From Macrostomum hystrix (taxonomy: Eukaryota > Animalia > Platyhelminthes), in the NCBI GenBank assembly GCA_950097015.1, contig CATNEN010000038.1, positions 4,526,001-4,590,000 on the forward strand: a stretch of DNA of 64,000 bases. Reading direction: 5' to 3'. Each line of letters begins with the position of its first letter. Position 1 is the first letter of the stretch. Below, piece after piece: positions 52,497 through 62,007 of the stretch. A program made the position numbers and the translations under genes. The notes beneath the pieces were generated by a model, which was not told the DNA's origin, searched no databases, and worked only from the letters and a program-made list of their open reading frames with translations.

Positions 52497-55400
52497 ATGG
52501 CAAAGCTTCTCAATTCTGTAAAGGTAATTTGAATTGATTTTGTATGCCATATTTTCTGCACTAGTTATTCTTGTGAAGGACAATCTAAACTTGATCATAA
52601 ACTCATAATGCAAAGTTGAACAGTTCAATTTTAGATTCTTCAATGCCTGCTGGACATATTTTAACTTTTTTTCTCTGTGGTACTTTATGAATCCTCATTA
52701 ATGTCGTCCGCCTGTTCCTTTCGTCTGTTCCATATACTTTAATATACTTTAGCACCTTCAGGTATACATAATTCTGCTTCTTTAGGTCCTTCATATACCA
52801 CCTTCAAGTTTTTCAGGTCCTTTAGGTATCATCATTCAGGTCCTTTAGGTATCAGCATTCAGGTCCTTCAGGTATCATCATTCAGGTCCTTTAGGTATCA
52901 GCATTCAGGTCCTTCAGGTATCATCATTCAGGTCCTTCAGGGAACATCATTCGGGTCCTTCAAGTATCGTCATTCAGGTCCTTCAGGTATCATCATTCAG
53001 GTCCTTCAAGTATCGTCATTCAGGTCCTTCAGGTATCATCATTCAGGTCCTTCAGGTATCAGCATTCAGGTCCTTCAGGTATCATCATTCAGGTCCTTCA
53101 GGTATCATCATTCAGGTCCTTCAGGTATCATCATTCAGGTCATTCGGGTATCATCATTCAGGTCCTTCAGGTATCATCATTCAGGTCCTTCAGGTATCAT
53201 CATTCAGGTCCTTCAGGTATCATCATTCAGGTCCTTCAGGTATCATCATTCAGGTCCTTCAGGTATCATCATTCAGGTCCTTCAGGTATCATCATTCAGG
53301 TCCTTCAGGTATCATCATTCAGGTCATTCGGGTATTATCATTTAGGTCCTTCAGGTATCATCATTCAGGTCCTTCAGGTATCATCATTCAGGTCCTTCAG
53401 GTATCATCATTCAGGTCCTTCAGGTATCATCATTCAGGTCCTTCAGGGAACATCATTCGGGTCCTTCAAGTATCGTCATTCAGGTCCTTCAGGTATCATC
53501 ATTCAGGTCCTTTAGGTATCATCATTCAGGTCCTTCAGGTATCATCATTCAGGTCCTTCAGGTATCATCATTCAGGTCATTCGGGTATTATCATTTAGGT
53601 CCTTCAGGTATCATCATTCAGGTCATTCGGGTATTATCATTTAGGTCCTTCAGGTATCATCATTCAGGTCCTTCAGGTATCATCATTCAGGTCCTTCAGG
53701 TATCATCATTCAGGTCCTTCAGGTATCATCATTCAGGTCCTTCAGGTATCATCATTCAGGTCCTTCAGGTATCATCATTCAGGTCCTTCAGGTATCATCA
53801 TTCAGGTCCTTCAGGTATCATCATTCAGGTCCTTCAGGTATCATCATTCAGGTCCTTCAGGTATCATCATTCAGGTCCTTCAGGTCGCTCACCAGCCCGC
53901 CCTTCACTTTCTCCTCCGCAGGACCTCCGCGTGATGGTCACAGGCGGCGGCTCAGGCTTAGGCGCCGCCACAGCCGCTCAGCTCCTGAGCCGTGGAGCTC
54001 GGGTGCTCATTGTGGACCAATTGGAAGCCTCAGAAGTGCGCGTACCTCCGCCGCGCAACGCTGCCTTCGTCAAGGCGGACATTGTTGAAGAGGCGGCAGT
54101 TCAGAATGCCGTGTCGCAGGCTGAGCAGCAGTTTGGCGGCCTGGACGCTGTGGTCAACTGCGCCGGCCAGGGCTTGGCTGCTCGCATCTACAACTGGAAC
54201 ACTGACACCGTCTTCAAGCAGGAGGACTTCAACAAACTGCTCAGCATCAATATTATCGGCACATTCAATGTCTGCCGACTGGCAGCTCGGCTGATGGCCA
54301 AAAATGTGCCCAGTTTGAATCAGACGGGATCTAAGGCAAAGGCTAAGGATGCCACCGCCGAACCGTCTAGTGTTCAGCGCGGTGTTATTATTAACACATC
54401 CTCTTCGTCGGCCTTTGATGGACAGGTGAGTGACCTGTGCGACATGTCTAAGTAGACACTGATGTATGTCAAAGTAGACACTGAGGGATGTCAAAGTAGA
54501 CACTGATGGATGTCAAAGTAGACACTGAGGGATGTCAAAGTAGACACTGAGGGATGTCAAAGTAGACACTGAGTGATGTCAAAGTTGACACTGATGGATG
54601 TCAAAGTAGACACTGAGTGATGTCAAAGTTGACACTGATGGATGTCAAAGTAGACACTGATGGATGTCAAAGTAGACACTGAGGGATGTCAAAGTAGACA
54701 CTGAGTGATGTCAAAGTTGACACTGATGGATGTCAAAGTAGACACTGAGTGATGTCAAAGTTGACACTGATGGATGTCAAAGTAGACACTGATGGATGTC
54801 AAAGTAGACACTGAGGGATGTCAAAGTAGACACTGAGGGATGTCAAAGTAGACACTGATGGATGTCAAAGTAGACACTGATGGATGTCAAAGTAGACACT
54901 GTGGGATGTCAAAGTAGACAAAGTAGACAAAGTAGATGGATGTTCCATTGTCACAGACTTCCCAACCCGCAGGCTACGCAGGTGCCCTACGCAGCCAGCA
55001 AGGCCGCTCTGGTCGCCATGACGCTCCCAATGGCCCGGGATTTGGCGCCCCTCGGCATTCGGGTCTGCTGCATCGCTCCAGGTGGGTGCTTTGGACACGA
55101 TTAACGTTATCAGAGCGGTTAACGCGTTTACCACATTCATATGGGGCGCAGCCGCGGAGAGAAGGCTTTGGGGACTTGTCGTGCAATTTACGCTCTTGAG
55201 AGCCACCTCCAAGGCACAGTGAGAGTGTACACTGCCTGACGATGAGAAAGTCAGGGCAGATGTACACACCTGTGTGAGCGTGTGCTCAAGTGGAATCTGT
55301 AGAATTGCCTCCTCGCTGGCTGCGGGTCCAGTGTCACCAAATGATTTGGCATTGCCCGCAGTCCTCCTGCGTATTTTATTTTTATCTCTTCCCTATAAAA

Positions 55401-56409
55401 TGCAACTCTCCTCAGACTTTTTCCTCAAATCTAGAATTCTCCCAATCCCTTTTCCCTGATCTAGAATTATCCTAATCATTTTTCTTCAAATCTAGAATCA
55501 TCCTAATCCCTTTTCCTTAATCTAGAATCATCCTAATCCCTTTTCCCTAAACTAGAATTATCCTAATCCCTTTTCCTTAATCTAGAATCATCCTAATCCC
55601 TTTTCCCTAATCTAGAATTATCCTAATCCCTTTTCCTTAATCTAGAATCATCCTAATCCCTTTTCCTTAATCTAGAATCATCCTAATCCCTTTTCCCTAA
55701 ACTAGAATTATCCTAATCCCTTTTCCTTAATCTAGAATCATCCTAATCCCTTTTCCCTAAACTAGAATTATCCTAATCCCTTTTCCTTAATCTAGAATCA
55801 TCCTAATCCCTTTTCCCTAATCTAGAATTATCCTAATCCCTTGTCCCTAATCTAGAATTATCCTAATCCCTTTTCCTTAACCTAGAATTATCCTAATCCA
55901 TTTCCATAATGTAGAATTATCCTAATCCCTTTTCCTTAACCTAGAATTATCCTAATCCCTTTCCCTAATCTAGAATTATCCTAATTATTTTTCCTCAAAT
56001 CTATAATACTCTCATTATTAACTTTTCTAAGAGCACAACTATCCTGATATTTAATAAAAAAATATAAACATTTCCCTCAGAGTTTAGAATTATCCCAATG
56101 AGGAATTTTCCCACCTGTCCATAAACAGGCTACTTCGACTCGCCGATGTGTCGCCGCGAGAACTACCCGCCGCGAGTGGTGAAATTTCTCGCCGATCACA
56201 ATCGCGCCATCTACCGGCTGGGCCGTCCGGCCGAGTTCGCCGACGCAGTCGAAGCTCTGCTGCTCAATCCCATGCTCAATGGTTGCTGCGTCCGGCTCGA
56301 CGCCGCATCCAGGGGATTTTTCTTCAATCGCTTCAAGAAAGCTGTTCCCTTATCCGCCCAGGACAGCAGCGGCGTTGGCGTCAAGGAGCTGCTGAGCTCC
56401 AGCGCCTGA
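52497..56409 (+). CDS. HSD17B10: 3-hydroxyacyl-CoA dehydrogenase type 2-like SDR; exons 52497-52523, 53922-54425, 54973-55081, 56129-56409
   Basis: MAKLLNSVK|[14 protein letters not shown] (9-codon first exon), [61 protein letters not shown]. Confidence 0.9.
52812..53886. repeat. 23-bp minisatellite CAGGTCCTTCAGGTATCATCATT in HSD17B10 intron 1
   Basis: Direct reading; ends ~35 nt before the acceptor at 53921. Confidence 0.98.
54443..54942. repeat. 22-bp minisatellite GATGTCAAAGTAGACACTGA(GG/TG/GT) filling HSD17B10 intron 2
   Basis: Direct reading. Confidence 0.97.
55144..55370 (+). mobile_element. Most complete copy of the ~230-bp dispersed element, in HSD17B10 intron 3
   Basis: Collinear similarity to five other loci in the window. 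Confidence 0.9.
55418..56005. repeat. 30-bp minisatellite TCTAGAAT(T/C)ATCCTAATCCCTTTTCC(C/T)TAA in HSD17B10 intron 3
   Basis: Direct reading. Confidence 0.96.
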
Positions 56410-56489
56410 GCCGATTAAATGTACTTTTAAATTCAATTGATTTCTAGGAATACCTGAGCATTTCTAGCCACCGGTTTGTCAAAACCGTT

Positions 56490-56894
56490 TACCTGTGTAT
56501 CTAACAGGTACACCTGTGTATCTAACAGGTACACCTGTGTATCTAACAGCTACACCTGTGTATCTAACAGCTACACCTGTGTATCTAACAGCTACACCTG
56601 TGTATCTAACAGCTACACCTGTGTATCTAACAGCTACACCTGTGTATCTAACAGCTACACCTGTGTATCTAACAGCTACACCTGTGTATCTAACAGCAAC
56701 ACCTGTGTATCTAACAGCTACACCTGTGTATCTAACAGCTACACCTGTGTATCTAACAGCTACACCTGTGTATCTAACAGCAACACCTGTGTATCTAACA
56801 GCTACACCTGTGTATCTAACAGCTACATCTGTGTATCTAACAGCTACACCTGTGTATCTAACAGCTACACCTGTGTATCTAACAGCTACACCTT
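56490..56894. repeat. 21-bp minisatellite ACCTGTGTATCTAACAGCTAC downstream of the HSD17B10 stop
   Basis: Direct reading. Confidence 0.98.
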
Positions 56895-57112
56895 GTTCTA
56901 GTTTACAATGTGGTTAGGAGCGTTCTTTTCATCAACCGGAAAAAGTGTGCTGTTCTTTTTTTCTACAGTAAAGGTTTCTAGTTAAATCGTGCATTTTTAT
57001 TAGGCAGTAAAAATTTGCGTGCAAATAAATCTATGTGGCATGGCATTCATAATGGTTTCATCAAAACCAAAATTTGTGTTTTGGTACATGCAAACTACCA
57101 ACTTGTTTTGGT

Positions 57113-57665
57113 ATACAACTACTGTTTTTAAGAAAAACTACGGTCTCTAATACAACTGCTGTTTCTAAGAAAAACTACGGTCTCTAATACAACTACTGTT
57201 TCTAAGAAAAACTACGGTCTCTAATACAACTACTGTTTCTAAGAAAAACTACGGTCTCTAATACAACTACTGTTTCTAAGAAAAAACTACGGTCTCTAAT
57301 ACAACTACTGTTTCTAAGAAAAACTACGGTCTCTAATACAACTACTGTTTCTAAGAAAAAACTACGGTCTCTAATACAACTACTGTTTCTAAGAAAAAAC
57401 TACGGTCTCTAATACAACTACTGTTTCTAAGTAAAACTACGGTCTCTAATACAACTACTGTTTCTAAGAAAAAACTACGGTCTCTAATACAACTACTGTT
57501 TCTAAGAAAAACTACGGTCTCTAATACAACTACTGTTTCTAAGTAAAACTACGGTCTCTAATACAACTACTGTTTCTAAGAAAAACCACGGTCTCTAATA
57601 CAACTACTGTTTCTAAGAAAAACTACGGTCTCTAATACAACTACTGTTTCTAAGAAAAACTACGC
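57113..57665. repeat. 37/38-bp minisatellite TACAACTACTGTTTCTAAGAAAAACTACGGTCTCTAA
   Basis: Direct reading. Confidence 0.97.
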
Positions 57666-58149
57666 TTTCTAAGACAAACTAAGGTTTCTAAGGAAAAAAT
57701 AATGTTTCTAAAAAAACTACGGTTTCTAAGAAAGTTCTTAGGTTTCCGACTAGCTTTCTGAGAAAATAGTGAGATTCCAGTGAAAACTGTTTGTTTTGTG
57801 CGAAGTTTGCAAAGCATTTTAGAAAGCATTGAGTTTTCCAACGTATTTTAACTAAAAAAGTGGCTGAATAAAGGAAACGATAGAAACATATGTTATAAAT
57901 GATTTTAATGAAATTTATTTAAAAATACTGTTTATTCGTAAGCGAATGTTATTCGGAGTATCGAAAACTAGAAAGTTTTCGGTAGCACTAGCAAGAAAAT
58001 GTTTAAAAAAATTCTTTAAGTTTGCGTAGAAAAAGGTCTCAAGAGCTCCAGGCGCTTCCTTGCCAACCGCAGCGTCGGAATCAGCCACGCGAGGGAAAGT
58101 TCTGCGATATTGAGACAGCGTTTATTTGATGTGCTTACACGTCCGTGTT

Positions 58150-60218
58150 TCATTCTCTAATCCTACTCACCTGCTTCATCAAGTTGCAATTGAATCCCTT
58201 TTGTTCTTGATCCCTTAACTGTTCACAAATCCGTGTTCGACATACCCCCAGGTTCTCAAATCCCCTCAGGATTCTCAAATCCCTCCGAGTTCTCAAATAC
58301 CCTCCGAGTTCTCAAATCCCCTCTGAGTTCTCAGATCCCCTCCGAGTTCTCAGATCCCCTCCGATTTCTCAGATCCCCTCCGAGTTCTCAGATCCCCTCC
58401 GAGTTCTCAGATCCCCTCCGATTTCTCAGATCCCCTCCGAGTTCTCAGATCCCCTCCGAGTTCTCAGATCCCCTCCGAGTTCTCAGATCCCCTCCGAGTT
58501 CTCATATCCCCTCCGAGTTCTCAGATCCCCTCCGAGTTCTCAGATCCCCTCCGAGTTCTCATATCCCCTCCGAGTTCTCAGATCCCCTCCGAGTTCTCAG
58601 ATCCCCTCCGATTTCTCAGATCCCCTCCGAGTTCTCAGATCCCCTCCGAGTTCTCAGATCCCCTCCGAGTTCTCAGATCCCCTCCGAGTTCTCAGATCCC
58701 CTCCGAGTTCTCATATCCCCTCCGAGTTCTCAGATCCCCTCCGAGTTCTCAGATCCCCTCCGAGTTCTCAGATCCCCTCCGAGTTCTCAGATCCCCTCTT
58801 AAAAATCTCACCGAATCAATCTTGTACAGGCTGTTCCTCCAGGGGCCTCCGCACCACTCGCCAATGTTGCCGTCGCAGCGCATGTTGCACTCCCTGTCGT
58901 CCGATTTGCCGTACATACCATAGACGTTGCCGCAGAAGCAGTAATAGCTGTACTGCAGGCCGAAGTACTGGTAGCCGAAGCGGCTGCACTCTCTGTAGCA
59001 CCTCTCGGGCGACATGTGCACTGTGGCTGCGTGGCGCGACAGGTCCCTATGCGCTGCGTCTCTGTAGCAGCCCAGGTAGGTGTAGGGACCATTGGGCCCG
59101 ACTGCGGTGCAGTGAGGGATGAGTATAGGCTAGTGGCTGACGCAGTGAAGGGTGAGTATAGGCTATTGGCTGACGCAGTGAAGGGTGAGTATAGGCTATT
59201 GGCTGACGCAGTGAAGGGTGAGTATAGGCTAGTGGCTGACGCAGTGAAGGGTCAGTGTGAGGCTAGTGGCTGACCCAGTGAAGGGTCAGTGTGAGGCTAG
59301 TGGCTGACGCAGTGAAGGGTCAGTGTGAAGCTAGTGGCTGACGCAGTGAAGGGTCAGTGTGAGGCTAGTGGCTGACGCAGTGAAGGGTCAGTGTGAGGCT
59401 AGTGGCTGACGCAGTGAAGGGTCAGTGTGAGGCTAGTGGCTGACGCAGTGAAGGGTCAGTGTGAGGCTAGTGGCTGACGCAGTGAAGGGTCAGTGTGAGG
59501 CTAGTGGCTGACGCAGTGAAGGGACAGTGTGAGGCTAGTGGCTGACGCAGTGAAGGGTCAGTGTGAGGCTAGTGGCTGACGCAGTGAAGGGTCAGTGTGA
59601 GGCTAGTGGCTGACGCAGTGAAGGGTCAGTGTGAGGCTAGTGGCTGACGCAGTGAAGGGACAGTGTGAGGCTAGTGGCTGACGCAGTGAAGGGTCAGTGT
59701 GAAGCTAGGGGCTGACGCAGTGAAGGGTCAGTCTGAAGCTAGTGGCTGACGCAGTGAAGGGTCAGTGTGAAGCTAGTGGCTGACGCAGTGAAGGGTCAGT
59801 GTGAGGCTAGTTGCTAACGCAGTGAAGGGTCAGTGTGAGGCTAGTGGCTGACGCAGTGAAGGGACAGTGTGAGGCTAGTGGCTGACGCAGTGAAGGGTCA
59901 GTGTGAGGCTAGTGGCTGACGCAGTGAAGGGACAGTGTGAAGCTAGTGGCTGACGCAGTGAAGAGTCAGTGTGAAGCTAGTGGCTGACGCAGTGAAGGGT
60001 CAGTGTGAAGCTAGTGGCTGACGCAGTGAAGGGTCAGTGTGAGGCTAGTGGCTGACGCAGTGAAGCGTCAGTGTGAGGCTAGTGGCTGACGCAGTGAAGG
60101 GTCAGTGTGAGGCTAGTGGCTGACGCAGTGAAGGGTCAGATGCAGGGATTCACTCACAAGCTTCGCAGGCGGTGAAGCACAACAGGGCCGCGATGGCTGT
60201 CAGAAGGATGACCTTCAT
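58150..60218 (-). CDS. Small secreted single-WSC-domain protein; exons 60218-60158, 59101-58812, 58170-58150
   Basis: Signal peptide MKVILLTAIAALLCFTACEA; WSC pattern YLGCYRD...MSPERCYREC...YFGLQYSYYCFCGN...CNMRCDGN..EWCGG; in-frame GT-AG joins; AATAAA near 58125. Confidence 0.88.
58250..58798. repeat. 19-bp minisatellite TCCGAGTTCTCAGATCCCC filling WSC-gene intron 2
   Basis: Direct reading. Confidence 0.97.
59108..60139. repeat. 34-bp (36-bp near 59120-59240) minisatellite GTGAAGGGTCAGTGTGAGGCTAGTGGCTGACGCA filling WSC-gene intron 1
   Basis: Direct reading. Confidence 0.98.
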
Positions 60219-60705
60219 TGTTATAGGAGTGTCTGCGTTGGGTGCTGAGTTAGGCCACTTCACTAGTTGGCTTTAAAATACAATTTTAAAAGATTTACTT
60301 CTTAATTGAAGCGAAAATGCTTTATCTTTGAGCAGAAAGGTTGCCATGGCAACCCTATAGTCAAATCGCAGCCGAATCCGATACCAGAATAAAAATTAAA
60401 CAAGCACATTTTTCGTGAGACTTTTGGTCTCCATCTGACAAGATTTTTTTCAACACAAACATTTTCGCACAGTGTTCTGCCCACAGTGGAGAGTAGACCT
60501 GAGATCGATTAACTGTTGCCAGACGGCTCGGAGCGGTGAGAGATAAGATTAATTGAGCTCACTTGGTTGAAAAGATCGCTTCAATTGTAAATTTTTACCA
60601 CGCCAGACTTTGAAATTCTTATCGGCCCGGAGGTCGAATGGAAAAGACTAAGAGAAACTCTAAAAATCACTAAATGTCTTCTTTACATATATCTCGACAT
60701 CTCCC

Positions 60706-61411
60706 TAAATGAGACCCCTTAAACACCTGTGATCCAACAGGTGTACTAATGAGACCCCTTAAACACCTGTGATCCAACGGGTGTACTAAATGAGAACCGA
60801 AACACCTGTGATCCAACAGGTGTACTTGTCAAGAAAACTGAGAGAGACAGACTGAATTGTCAAGCTGGCTTGCAGGTAGCTCATGGACAGTAGCGAAGTC
60901 AAGTGAAATGTGAGAGGGCGTTGTGCCCTGGACTATATATTTAAACATGGTTAAGTTGGACAGACTGGAGGAGGTTGGCGGTACGATAACAAGAGTGCGC
61001 GACTGAGGGTAGGAGAGGAGGCTAGAACGTGAGCGGCGGACCAATCAGAAAGGAGGAAAGAAAGAAAGGATAGAGAATGAGAGATCAGCCACAGAGATAA
61101 CGAGAGAAAGAACTAGATTGAACTGGACGATGTAAACAAGAAAAGTGCAGAGAACGAAAGAGTGAATAGAGGACAGAAGGCAGAGACGAAAGTCGCGACA
61201 GTACTAAATGAGACCCTTAAACACCTGTGATCCAACAGGTGTACTAAATGAGACCCTTAAACACCTGTGATCCAACAGGTGCACTAAATGAGACCCTTAA
61301 ACACCTGTGATCCAACAGGTGCACTAAATGAGACCCTTAAACACCTGTGTTCTAACAGGTGCACTAAATGAGACCCTTAAACACCTGTGATCCAACAGGT
61401 GTACTAAATGA
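60706..61411. repeat. 40-bp minisatellite TAAATGAGACCCTTAAACACCTGTGATCCAACAGGTGTAC, split by an insertion
   Basis: Units at 60706-60826 and 61201-61411; 8-bp dyad ACACCTGT/ACAGGTGT. Confidence 0.95.
60827..61200. mobile_element. Probable solo LTR (374 bp) with a 5-bp target-site duplication GTACT
   Basis: TGTC...GACA termini; GTACT at 60822-60826 and 61201-61205; removing it restores the repeat unit; internal TATA-like and CCAAT motifs. Confidence 0.8.
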
Positions 61412-62007
61412 AGCTTACAAATCGGCCAAAGAAAGGAGTAAGCCAATAAATTCATATAATTTTGTGCCTTTGCTTTTATAGCTAATAACTTGTTGCTTTA
61501 GAAGCAGCAGGTTGCTTCTTCAGAAAAGATTTTTTTATTTTATAGCTGAGAATCGTGCGGTACAGTACTGAGATGTTTAGTTTAGCTTACAGAGAAAGAT
61601 TATATTGTACTGCCTGTTCGTAGAGAAAGCTCTTTTTGCAACAAAAAAAGAATGTAAAAATACATATTTTGTACATTACTGAATTAAATATTTTAGGTGA
61701 GAGATTTAGAAGAAAACAAAGAAAATAATTGTATAATAGTACCCGTACATTAGGCTTGGTAATGGCACCGAGTGCAAACGTACTTTCAAACATACTCTTT
61801 AGTACTAAACTGACTAACTTGTTTCTCTGCATCTCTAAAATGCATTTTTGTCTACTCTATCAATACTTCTCATTCTTCGCGTGAAAACGTCGAGCAGGTT
61901 ATTTGACAGTAAAAAATGGCTTGGTAAATAATAAAAGCCAATTATTTAAGTGTAGCAGCTCAGCTCTTGCTGAAGTCAGAAGGTTTTAGAAGGCGAGATT
62001 TCGGCAA

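Noticed and set aside
55225-55270. Hammerhead ribozyme core CTGACGA-TGA-GAAA (also CTGATGA at ~12776 and ~21889)
   Set aside because: No stem III or correctly placed NUH next to stem I; the CTGAC pairs with a downstream GTCAG in a plain hairpin
55300-55370. HDV-like ribozyme: GCCTCCTCGCTGGC equals the recalled P3-L3-P3 of the HDV genomic ribozyme
   Set aside because: The complement of the following P1 strand (GCCCGCA) lies downstream rather than upstream, the P1.1 GG is absent, and I found no P2 or J4/2. A simple hairpin explains the sequence.
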